A stretch of DNA of 64,000 bases from NCBI GenBank assembly GCA_965240325.2, contig OZ251226.1, forward strand, positions 1,116,001 through 1,180,000, read 5' to 3'. The notes under the pieces were generated by a model. The model saw only the letters and a list, made by a program, of their open reading frames with translations. It was not told where the DNA came from and ran no database searches. Source of the stretch: Rebecca billardiae RCC1528. Its lineage: Eukaryota; Protista; Haptophyta. Numbering within the stretch: the first letter of the stretch is position 1; each line of letters begins with the position of its first letter. This document shows positions 11,601 to 23,056 of the stretch, piece after piece. The position numbers and the translations under genes are program-made.

Positions 11601-14600
11601 TACCGCGGCTTCTCGAGCAGCGTCTCCGCGTCCTTCCGCCACTTACCCGTGAACGCAGGGTTCCGCCGCTCGTTCTTGTGCAGGCCGTCCACGCCCCAGT
11701 CGTTGCGCAGCTCGGCGGAGCGCCGCCGCCAGAACACGACAAAGAGCGCCCCCCAGAGCGCGAGCGCCGAGCCGAAGGCGACCCACAGCGAGTTGTACCT
11801 GGGCGGGCGCGGGTGAGGGTTCGGGTGGGTTCGGGTTCGGGTTCGGGTTCGGGTTAGCACTTGGGCGCGGTGCGCGCGCGTTCGGAGCCGCGGGCGGGCC
11901 GGCCGCGGTGGCGAGCTGGGGTGAAGGGGCGCGGCCACGGCGCAGCACGCGCGGGCGGCAGGCAGCACGTCGCTGTGTGCGCGCGGCGCTCCTCGCGCGT
12001 GCACGCCCGCCCGCACGCCGCCACCCATCCCTCGTGCCGGCGCGCGCGCGTCCGCGCCACGCGCGTCCGCGCCACGCGCGTCCGCGCCACGCGCGTCCGC
12101 GCCACGCGCGTCCGCGCCACGCACAGAACAACGTCGCCACCCAGCTTCACCAGCTCGATGCAGAAGCCTGCCGCCGCAACGGGGAACAGCCACTCGACCG
12201 TGAAGTCGAGGAGCCCGAAGTACCACGCGAGCTCCTCGCCGAAGTGGTTGCGCAGCAGGTTGAGGTGGGCCTCGCTCAGCTCGGCCATGATGCCCCACGC
12301 CTTCTCCAGCTTGCGGTTGAACTCCCGGTCGTGCAGGGGAAAGGACGCCTCCACAATCTCGACGCCGTGCGCCTTGTACGTGCACGCGCCGAGCGCGGCG
12401 TACGGAGGGCCGAGCTCGGCGCGCTCGGTGACGAGCCGCGCGACCGAGGCGATCTTGTCCGCCGTGGTCATGGCGGGTGGCTCGGGGTCCAGCGACTGCG
12501 CCGGCGTGGCGGCGCGCGGCGCGCGCGTCCGCACGCACGTCGGTGCGTCCCGGCGCGCGCGCGGTGGCGCGCGCGGCGCGGTGGCGCGCGCGAGCAGCCC
12601 TCTGCGTCAGCCCGCGGTCGCTCGGCGGCCGCGCAACGCGCGCGAGCAGCCCTGTGCGTCCGCCCCGGTGCGCTCGGCGTCCGCGCAACTCGCGACGCAA
12701 TGATGAACCAACATATGAGTAATCTAATAAAAACAAAAAAAGGCGCGGGCGCGGCGCACCTCCTCCACCATGAGCCGCTCGCCGTAGTGGCTTTCGTACT
12801 CGTTCTCGATCGCCACTTTGCTCTCCAGGTCGTGCACGAGCACCACGTACGCGTGCCCGTCCGACCGCGCGCCGAGCGGCGCGCGGTGCGCGCTCACGTG
12901 CAGCCCAACCTCCTTGAGCTCCTTCAGGACCGCAGCGACCGCGCGCGCGCCGGGCTTAGAGCCCGCGCCGCCGAGGCGCGCGTGCGTGCGCCTCGCGACC
13001 ACCGGGTCGTCGAGGTCGCGCAGCACGATCGCCCAGAGGTACGGCTGCTCCGACGCGAACGCGAGCTCCGGGTACACCCACGCCATGCGCCGCGTGTACG
13101 CGCGCGTCTGAGGCATGCTCTCCAGCACGCGCCGCAGCTGCTCATAGTGTGCGCGCTCGGACTTCTTGAGCGCATTGGACGGCCCGGAGCGGTGCGCGCG
13201 CTGCAGGTACTCGACGTACTGCCTCACCGCGTCCGCCGCGCTCTCCGGCGCCGGCGCCGGCGCGGCCGAGCCCGCGCCGCCGCCCGCCGCCATCCCGCCG
13301 TCCCGACCAATCAGGTGGAGCATCATCGCGTCGAGCGAGCCGTGCGCGCGCAGCATCTGCGACGCGTCCGAGGGTGCGTAGAGTGCGGCAATCAGTCTCG
13401 AGAGGACGTTGCACATGATCACCGTGCGCGCGCGGTACTTGAACGACACGTCTGCGCCGGCGCGCGCGCGAGGCGTGCGCGCGGGCGGGGGCGCAGCTGA
13501 GAGCGCGCGCGCACGCGCGCACGCGCGCGCGACAGGGCGCGAGAGAGGCTCTGACAGTCCGCGCGCCGCGCGCGGCTCGAGCCTCGAGTGCCGGCGGCGC
13601 ACCGGACATGAAATCCTGCGAGTACACGCGGAAGGTGATGGCCTCGCGGCCCCAGAGCGCGGCGACCACGATCGCGGTGATCGAGGCGAACGCGAGCTCC
13701 TGCACCTGCGCCTTGAGCCGGTCCTCGTGCGTGCGCACCTGTCGGAAGATGAGCAGGGCCACAAACAGCGCCCACGCGCCGAGCAGGATGAACTCAAGCA
13801 CCGCAAACACGAGGAACGCGCCCTCGAGCTTGTACGTGAAGGACGGGTCGGAGCGCTTGTGCTGGTCCGAGATGCCGTACTGCAGCGTCGACACCACCCA
13901 GATCAGGCCCGCGAGCGCGATGCGCTTCACCCAGTAGTACTGCGGCAGATTCGCCATGCTCACCTTGGTCGACGCGGCCAGGACGGTCGCCAGCATCATG
14001 CCGGCCGCATAGAAGGCGATGTCAAAGATGGCAGGGACGACGGTGTACCCCAGGCCCAGCGGCATCATGATGATGAAGGACGGGTTGTTGTACCTGCGCC
14101 GGCGGCAGGGCCGGCAGCGGCGGCGGCGGCGGCCGTGAGCCGCGGGGCGCGTGAGCTCAGCCGCGCGCCCACACCACGTGAGGCACAGCAGACGAGGCGG
14201 AGAGGGCGCGCGCGCGCTCTTCGGGCCGAGTCGTACGGACCCCGCGCCGGCGGCCAGACGCGTCGCGCAGCACGGCCGCGTCCACAGACAGCAGCCCGCC
14301 ACGGCCGCGCGAGCCCATCCAGCGCAGGTCCGTGCACTCCCGCGGCGCCGGCGCCGACGCCCACGCCGACGCGCAAGCGCGCACGCATGCGCGCACGCGA
14401 GCGCGCACGCACCCGCAGATGGCGAGGGAGAAGATCCAGATGGCGTACTGCTGCGGGAGCCAATCGCGCAGCGGGTGGCGCCACAGCTGGCGCGTGAAGA
14501 GCCCGAACGAGACGAGCGAGGTCACCAGCGCGAGCAGGCGCAGGCACAGCTCCGAGTAGCCGTGCTCGATTGTCCCGTGCGTCGAGACCAGCACGATCGA

Positions 14601-15311
14601 ATCGATCCACTCGGACGGCGGCGGGTAGTCGGCGGGCGAGTCCTTGCCCGGCTGCGTGGCGAGGGTGAGCTGCGCGGCGAACTGCTTATGCTCCAGCCCC
14701 GGCTCGTACGCCACGGAGAAGACGTAGCAGTGCGAGTGGTGCCCGCGGTCAAGCGGGTCGCGCGAGCCGTCCGGCCACCCCGGGTGGTGCGGGTGACTCG
14801 TCTTCGACGTGCGCTTCGGGCACTCGATGGGGTCGAGCTCGGCGTCGGAGGACTTCTTGGAGAGCCTCCACGGCTCGTTGTCCGCCTGGCGGTACAAGAT
14901 CGCCGAGCGCAGCACGAGGTTCGACGGCACGGGCATGCGGCAACGCTCCGTCATGTTGTACAGGCCGCAGCCCGCCTCCTCGCGCGCCTTCGGGTAGAGG
15001 ACCATCGACACGCGGAGCCAGCGCATGTACGGCGAGAGCGGCTCCGTGTCGTTGCCAAAGACGATCTGCGCCGGCTCGCCCTGCAGCACCTCCGGCCCGA
15101 GCACCGTGTCCGTGAGCACGTTCCGCGAGCCGGCGCTCCAGAAGATGACGTCGTACGCGCCGCCGATGACGAGCGTGCCGAGGATGCCGAGCACGATGAA
15201 GCACATGAGCGCGTGCGGCCGGATGACGGCGTACACTGGGACCATATTCGGCAGCGCCACCAGCTCCGCCGGGTCCTCGATCAAGTCCTCGCGCTTCAGC
15301 CCGCGCCGCAT
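8636..15311 (-). CDS. TMEM181/Wntless-like domain fused to anoctamin (TMEM16), ~1349 aa; exons 15311-14413, 14093-13603, 13451-12760, 12495-12125, 11798-11459, 10919-10557, 10262-9717, 9455-9347, 8874-8636
   Basis: All 8 introns are GTGCG...CAG and phase-compatible (4050 nt total). Anoctamin motifs: FPLHD, LRNHFGEELAWYF, FWRRRSAEL..WG, DDYYDVVLFIGY, PL..YLNNQLELRTD, SVGAW, WEH..IVPEKPKW. TMEM181/Wntless-like motifs: DWLPQQY...YNNP and LYAPS. The start codon is uncertain because upstream in-frame ATGs exist. Confidence 0.75.
9019..9346. repeat. Degenerate (GCAC/CA/GC)n intronic microsatellite
   Basis: About 330-bp alternating purine-pyrimidine tract. Similar tracts at 10441-10556, 10925-11025 and 20261-20420. 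Confidence 0.9.
12046..12124. repeat. 15-bp minisatellite (GCGCGTCCGCGCCAC)x5 in an anoctamin intron
   Basis: Direct tandem copies abutting the splice donor. Confidence 0.9.
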
Positions 15312-16355
15312 GACGCCACGCCGCGGGGTGAAGTGGCCTCCCTGCTGCGATGGGTGCCGCCGCACGCCCGCACGCTCGCATTTCATCGCGCTCATTTTGG
15401 CCTCATCGCCGCGCGGGCGCGGCGCCCCCGCGAGAGCCTGGCCGATACACACCCTCCGCACCCGGCTCGCTCTGCGCGGGTGACTGGTGTGATCACTGGT
15501 GAACACTGAAACACTGAACCTCAACCACGCTCGCAGAGCAAGCAGCAGAGTCTGCAGCATGGGTCCCCACCCCCCCACGTGCTCCACGCGCAGAGCGGTA
15601 CTTCTAGGGTGTGTATCGGCCAGCCCGCAAGCGCCCCGGAGCGGCCGAGCGCCGATGAGATAAAATACGGCCCGCCATTCATTTCTTTTTCAACTTTCGT
15701 CAGCCGTGCGGCGCGCTGGTAGTTCATCCGTCCCGTGCTGCCTGGCAGCACGCGTCCGTGAGTCGATCCGAAGCCCTACCTGAACCCTTTGCCGGTGCCA
15801 CCGCCAGAGTGAATGCCTTGTGCTGGCCGGGCTCCACAGCGCCGATGCCCCGCGCCGTCGCCGCGTCCGGCCGGCGTCGGCAGGGCGAACGACGCCGAGC
15901 GGCCAAGTCCGGTCGCCACGGAGTCGGCCCGGCCATTTGGCCGAGACCGCGATCCGACGGGGTCCCAATCCGGAGGCACTGCCGGTCCCGCAGGCCTGCC
16001 TGCGAGTTGCGACTCGCTGGTTGCCTTGCGGCCAGCCCACGCGATCACACAGCCTCACGCCGTCGTTCGCACCGGCGCGCGGCCCCACGACGACGCACGC
16101 GCCGCGCCGGGGACGACAGCCAGGAGATGGCCGTCCGATGCATCGAGCGGAGCACCAAGCGTGAGAGCGGGTGCGCCGCAGTAGAGCGCGCCCCCGGCCC
16201 ACGGCACTGCCGTTCGTCCGCGCTCAGCGCCAGCGCGGAGGCCGGCGCGTGCAGGCTCGAGGGCGCCAAGGCCCCAGCCAGTTACCCCAGGCTAAGGCTG
16301 CCTGTGCCTAGGCGTGCGCGCGCGCCGCGAGCGCGCGTGCCGCCTCGGCCCGCGC

Positions 16356-17212
16356 TCAGGGCAGTGGCAGCGACTGCGTTGTGCGCAAGTTCACCTGCTC
16401 CGCCTCGATCTCGAGCTCGTCGAGCGCATCCATCTCCGGCTTCTGATGCATCACCGCGTGCGGCAGCGAGAGAATCGACGCGACAAACGCGACCCACACG
16501 AGCGAGGACAATGCGCCTGCGCAGGGTGAGCACAGGCGGGTGCGTGGCGGTGGTGAGCTCGGGAGGGGCGGCTCGGTGCGCGCGCACGCACGCTAGCCGT
16601 GCGTGCTGCAGCGGGCTCCGCGCGCACGCGCGCGCGCGCACACCCGTGATCGCGATCACGAGGAGCGTAAACGGCACCAGCACCAGAAGCTTCTCTCGCC
16701 GGCCGAGCTCGTACCCGCCGAGCTTCACCACGGTGTGCGCGTCGTGCAAGACGAACATGTAGCTGCACGCACGCGGCCGGGACAGGGGCGCGCCGCGTCA
16801 GGCGCAGCACAGGGGCACAACCGCTTGGCGCGGCATGCTGCGCGCAGCGCCGCTGCGCGCCGAACGCGCCGCACCCCCACGAGCCCGCAGATGCGGCGAG
16901 GCCAAGCAGCAGTAGTGGCGAGGAGAGAATCGTATACACGAGGACGACGACGTATACCACGCCGTAGAAGAGCTTGTACATGCTCCAGTTCGCGCGGATG
17001 CGCACGAGCGCTTCCGATTGGTCGGCCGGTTTGGAGAAGAGCATCGGGTTGAAGAACGATCGCGCGAGCACGATCGTCTTTGCGCGGTTGGCTGAGTACA
17101 TGACGCGCACCTGCTCGAACACGGTGCCCTTGAGCCATGCCCACCGCGTCGCCACGGCGCCCCCGCCGCCGAGCAGCCCCTCGCTCTCGTCCCCGCTGCC
17201 TTCGGCGTACAT
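16356..17212 (-). CDS. PRA1: PRA1 (prenylated Rab acceptor) family protein, ~205 aa; exons 17212-16875, 16762-16644, 16516-16356
   Basis: FFNPMLFSKP...EALVRIRANW..Y...Y motif, two long hydrophobic segments and a C-terminal LPHA + acidic tail. Splice phases are consistent. Confidence 0.85.
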
Positions 17213-17384
17213 GGCCAACGCCTTGACCCTCGCGCGCTCCAGCGGGATCCTGGTGGTAGGTCCGGAGGGGGCGGTTGCCGGGCGAAAAAACAATAAACCA
17301 AATAAAGGCCGAATCGATCGACCAAACTAAAAGCATCACGTGCCCCGTGCGGCGCGCCGCCATCGTGATCGTGGAGCGCGCGCG

Positions 17385-20300
17385 ATGCCGCAGCCCCTGC
17401 CGCCGAAGGAGAATGCGCTGTTCAAGTCGATCGTGGTACGTGCCCCCATCGACGCGGCGCATCTCCGCCCGCGCGTGCCCGCCGCCGCGCCGCCGCCAGC
17501 GCCGCTCGCGCGCGCGCGCGGTGCGCGGTGCGCTGACGGCGTGCGGACGCGCCTCCCCTGGCTCGCGCGCGCACGCGCACGGCCTGGCGCGCGCAGAAGC
17601 ACTACGAGACGAAGCAGTACAAGAAGGGGCTGAAGGCGTCGGACGTGGTGCTCAAGAAGCACCCGGACCACGGCGAGACCCTCGCGATGCGCGGCCTCAT
17701 CCTCAACTGCCTCGACCGCAAGGCGGAGGCGTATGAGCACGTGAAGCGCGGCCTGTCCAAGGACATCCGCTCGCACGTGTGCTGGCACGTGTTCGGGCTG
17801 GTGCACCGCTCGGACCGGGACTACAAGGAGGCGGTCAAGTGCTACCGCAACGCGCTGCGCATCGAGCCGGACAACGGCCAGATCCTCCGCGACCTCTCGC
17901 TGCTGCAGGTGCAGCTGCGCGACAGGCACGGCTACCTCGAGACGCGGCATGCGCTACTCCGGCTCAAGCCGAACCAGCGCATCAACTGGGTGGGGATCGC
18001 GCTGGCGAACCATCTGCTCGGGCGGCACCGCCGCGCGTACGACGTGCTCGGCGCGTACGAGAAGACGCTCGACAAGACCGACATCGAGTCCAAGTACGAG
18101 CATTCGGAGATGCTTCTGTACAAAGTGGAACTGCTGCGCGACGGCGGCGTGAACGACGAGGCCGCCGCGGAGCTCGACGCGGCGGAGCCGATGATCGTGG
18201 ACCGCACGGCGGTGCGCGAGCTGCGCGCGGAGCTCCTGCTCGAGCGCGGGCGGTACGACGAGGCCGCCGCCGCGTTCACCGAGCTCATCGCCCTCAACCC
18301 CGAGCAGTACGGGTACCACGCCGGCCTGCAGTCCGCGCGGCTGCGCCGGCCGCCGCCGCCGCCCGCGCCCGGCCCGCAGACGCGCTCGCCGTACGGCGCG
18401 AGCCGGCTGCGCCGGCCGAGCTACGCGCACCTCTCTGCAGAGGAGCGCGCGACGCTGCTCGAGCTCTGCGCCGAGCTCGAGGCCGCGCACCCCAAGGCGC
18501 TCGCGCCGAAGCGCATCGCCCTGGACGTCCTGCCGCTGGGCGGCGGCGGCGCGGCCGCGGTCGCGGCGTTCGAGGCGCGCTTCGCGGCGTACACGCAGCC
18601 GCTGCTGCGCAAGGGCGTGCCCTCGCTCTTCGCCTCGGTGCGCCCGCTCTACGCCGAGCCCGCCAAGCGCGACGCGATCGGCGCGCTCCTCGTCCGCTGG
18701 CGTGACAGCCTGCTCGCGCACGGCACGTTCGATGGCGGCCCGCCCGAGCCCTCCCAGGCGGAGGGCCGTGGCGGGCCGGAGGCGCCGTCGACGCTGATGT
18801 GGGTGCGCTTCATGCTCGCGCAGCACCACGACGAAGTGGGCGAGTACGCCGCCGCGCTCGCGGAGGTGGACGCCGCGATCGCGCACACGCCCACGCTCAT
18901 CGAGCTGTACCTTCTCAAGGGTGCGCGCTCGGGTGCCCGTGGGCGCGGCCGCGCCTTCGCGCGCCACCATCCCCGCTGGGATCAGCGCCGCCCCCACGCA
19001 GTGCCCGCGGCACCGCGGCACCGGCCGTGCGGCCGCCGCCCCCCGCGGGCGCGGCTGGCCCTGTCCATCTGTCTGCCGCACGGCCGCCGACCTGCGCAGC
19101 CGGCGGCGCCGGCGGCGGCCAGTCGGCCGGCCGGAGCCAGCCCCGCACGGCCGGTGGCAGCGCGCGGGGTCGTGCACGTGGGGGACAGGCGCCCGCCCGC
19201 GCGCCGCGCGGCCTCGGCTGCCGTCCGGGCGCCTCCGTGTGCGCGCGCGTGGGCCTGCCGTGCGCCCGCCGATCGTCTCGAGTGGGGCGAGAGAGCGTGC
19301 GGGCGGGCGCGGCTGCGCGCGGCGCGGGCGCGGGGAGGGCGCCCGCACGTGGGCGGCGCCCGTGCCGTGGTGTTCAGGAGCCCCCGAGGCCGCGCGCGCC
19401 GCCGAGCCCCCTAACCCTAACCCTAACCCTAACCCCGCCCCTGCTTCCCTGACGCCCACCCTCCACCCGGCGCTCCGTGCCGCGCGCAGGGCGCGTGTTC
19501 AAGCACGCGGGCGACGTGTCGAGCGCGGCGGGCGCAGTCGAGCACGCGCGCTCGCTCGATCTGGCTGACCGGTACCTGAACACTAAGGGGACGCGCTACC
19601 TGCTGCGCGCTGGGAGAGTGGAGGAGGCGTCGCAGGTGATCCTGCTCTTCACCAAGGACGGCGCGGAGAGCGACAACAACCTCTTCGACATGCAGGTGCG
19701 TGCGCTGCGTGTGCGTGTGCACGGCACGCGCGCGGCGCCCTCTCGGCATGCGCGCGCGCGCGCACGGCAGGCGTGCGTGTGTGTGTGCAGCATGCGGGCA
19801 CGCGCCGTGCGCGTCGGCGCGCGCGCCGCCACCGTACGCCCCACAACACGGCGTCGCCCAACCCCTACACCAACCCTACCCCAACCCTACCCGTATGCCC
19901 GTGCAGTGCATGTGGTATGAGCTGGAGGCGGGGGCGGCGCTGTGGCGCGCGGGCGAGCTCGGGCGCGCGCTCAAGAAACTGCTGGCAGTCGAGCGGCACT
20001 TTGTGGACATTGTCGAGGACCAGTTTGACTTCCACACGTACTGCCTGCGCAAGATGACGCTGCGCGCGTACGTGCGGCTGCTGCGGATGGAGGTGGGTGC
20101 CGCGCACGCACGCACCGCGCGCTGCGCGTGGGCGGGAGCGTTGGAGCGGCGGAGCGTGCCGCCCGCGGCCATGGCACCGCGGAGCTGCGGGCGGCGGTGG
20201 GGGCAGGCGGCGGTTTCGGCAGCCAGCCGTGTGCCACGGCGGTGCCAGGGGAGGCGCGGGGCGCACACACGCACACACGCACACACACACACACGCACAC

Positions 20301-21996
20301 ACGCACACACACGCGCGCACGCACACACACACACACACACGCACACTCGCGCACACACGCGCACACACACGCGCGCACTCACACGCGCACACACGCGCAC
20401 ACACACGCACACACGCGCGCAGGAGCACGTGTGGGGGCACACCTTCTTCGAGCGAGCCGCAATCTCGGCGGTCGAGATCTACCTGCAGATCCACGACACG
20501 CGCAACCCGACGTCGGAGGGCGCGGCGGAGGGCGCGGCGGGGGCGGAGGCGGAGGGCGGCGAGGCGGACGCCGCGGCGCGGAAGAAGGCGGCGTCCAAGG
20601 CGCGCAAGGCGGCGGCGCGCGCGGCGGAGGCGGCGGCGCGCGAGGAGGCGACCAAGGCGGCGGCCGCGGCCAAGCCCTCCGCGGGCAAGGATGGCGGCGC
20701 CAAGGGCGCTCCGGCGAAGAAGCAGGTCAAGGTGTGCCCACTGGCCGCCGCGCTCGCGGCCGTGCGCGCCGTCCGGCGCGACCCACGCCGCCGCACGCGG
20801 CACGCCCTCCGTCCGGGTCCAAGCCCGCCCTCTGCTCACGCGCGCCCCCGCCCGCCGCCCTCCGCGCGCCCCGCAGGCCGACGGCGAGAAGAAGGAGCCG
20901 GACTTGGATCCGGACGGGGCCAAGCTCGCCGCGACAGAGACGCCGCTCACCGAGGCCTCGCGATTGCTCCGGACTCTGCTGGTGCGCGGCGGTGGCGGCG
21001 GCGCGCCCAGACCTGCGGGGATGGGCGTTGGCCTGGGTGGCCGGCGCGCGGCGCGCGCGCTGCGCCACGCGGAGGGCCCGCGCGCACGGTGCAGTCGCGC
21101 ACGCCGCCAGTGCACCGCGGCGCGCGCGCGCTGTGTGCGCGAGATGTGATCTCAGGGCCAACGCAGTGGGGACGGGGCCGGGCCGTTGCCGCGCCGAGCC
21201 GCCGCGCCGCAGCCGCCCGCCCGCTCGCTCACTGTGCGCCGCCGGGCCTGCCCGTCCCATGACGGGCTTGCGCGCCGCGCGCCGCGTGCCGCGCGCCGCC
21301 TCGCCACAGGTGCACTCGGCCGCCTCGCTGCAGGTGCAGCTGTGCACGCTGGAGGTGTACAGGCGGAAGGGGCTCCTGCTGCTCGCGCTGCGCGCGCTCA
21401 AGAAGGCGCTCGACCTCGCCGGCCCGGCCGAGCCGCGCGTGCACAGGGCGACCGTCCGCCTCTTCGAAGCGGTCGAGGAGCGCCGCGGCGGCGGCGGCTC
21501 GGCGGAGCCGGCGGCGGCGGCGGCGGCGGGCGCGGGCGGTGAGAATGGCGGCGCCGCGGCGGCAGCCGGCAGCGGCGAGGTGCGCACGGGGCCACTCGAC
21601 CCCGCGGTGCGCTCGGTGCTCGACGTGCAGCGCGCGCAGCTCGTCGCCGTCGACGGCCAGCCGGCGACCCTGAGCGCGTTCAACGACGCCTATTGCGCGG
21701 CGCACGCGCGCGCGTCGGCCGCAGCGTGCGTCGCCGCGGCGGAGATGTGCACCGCGCTCGAGCCGAAGCGAGCGGCGGAGGCCGCGAAGCTCGTCGCCGC
21801 GCTGCCGCTCGGCGCCGGCGCGTGCGAGCTCGCCGACGCGGTGGCCGCGCACCGGCTCCTGCTGCGCGAGCCGTTCAGCCGAGATGCGCCGGGCGCGGCG
21901 GCCGAGCTCGCGCGCCGCTGCGCCGAGGGCCGCTTTGCAATGTCCTCTCACTTCCGCGACGCGACGGCCGCGCCGGGCGGGGCAGCCGCATCATGA
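17385..21996 (+). CDS. NAA15: NatA N-terminal acetyltransferase auxiliary subunit (NAA15/16, Nat1), ~955 aa; exons 17385-17435, 17597-18920, 19490-19695, 19907-20092, 20423-20731, 20877-20981, 21310-21996
   Basis: LPPKENALFK, HGETLAM, SHVCWHVFGL, HTPTLIELY, LDLADRYLN, DMQCMWYE, EDQFDFHTYCLRKMTLRAY, DLDPDG. TPR repeats are present and splice phases are consistent. Confidence 0.95.
19408..19436 (+). repeat. Intronic telomere-type (CCCTAA)n
   Basis: Four tandem CCCTAA units in NAA15 intron 2, about 55 nt before the acceptor. Confidence 0.9.
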
Positions 21997-23056
21997 CCGT
22001 CGCTCAACCGCGGCCGGCCTGAGCGGATGCGCCGCCCAGCTGGACGGATCTGCGCGAGCCAGGCTCAGCCTGACGCGTGCCTGGCGCCATCACCATGCTG
22101 CTGCTAGTGGATGGGCGCATCATTGCGGTGGTATCAGGTATGGTCGTGTGCGTGCGTGCACAGACGACCGCTGGCAGTCTCTCCGGAGTCGCTTGACTCT
22201 GGCGGCTCGTCTGAGTGACGCCGGACGAGGGGGCGCGGCTCGGGCGCCGACTCGGTCGGAGGGCATTCATCAGCCTGATCGGCTGATGCTCATTGGCGGC
22301 GCCGGCGAATCAGTGTCACGCACTATACTCCCGGGATCGGCCGTGCTGCCAGCTGCGCCGGCCGGGCCATTATATATATATATATATATTATCATTGGCA
22401 TATATAAATATTGCGCGTCTGCTGATTGACTACACTTGATGTTGGCACTCATTTAATACATATAGGCTGCTGATGGCCGTGTTTACTGCAGTGCGTGATG
22501 ACGATATGATATATATATATATGACATATATATATGCATGATGCTGATGGGAAGTGAGGTGAGACCGGTTGCCGGGCCCGACACAATTAGTGACAATACG
22601 ACTGCCTTTCCGCATCTGACAGTGCGCGCCGCACACGAAATTAATATAATGCGCGCTACGTACATATCATCAATAATAATAATAATTCGGAATAAACTCG
22701 CGCGTGGCACGACAAAGTTAAACATACGCTATACTGCTGGCGCGCGTCGTGCTCATCCCGTCACAGCGCGCACAGCAAGCAGTAGTTCTGCTTCGTCGAT
22801 CGCCGCCGCGTATGACAATGCCGAGCATGACGATGCACATGATGATGATGATGATGATGCCAGCATCATAGCAGTCGTGATGATGACGCTGCTGTCGGCA
22901 GCGCAGCGCGATTGCGCCGCGGCTGGTCAGTGTTGCCGTCGCCAGGCGGCTTCCGCGGCCCGGCGGGCGAGACACGCCGCCTCCGCTGAGCGCGACGATC
23001 GGCTCGCCGCCACCAGCTGGCTGCGGCGGTGCCCCCGCGCGCCGCGCGTGGCAAGC

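Noticed and set aside
12046-12124. Regular repeats as a possible CRISPR array
   Set aside because: Head-to-tail repeats with no spacers, eukaryotic intron context and no cas genes.
19408-19436. Chromosome end or telomere fusion site
   Set aside because: Only four units, inside an intron of an intact NAA15 gene.
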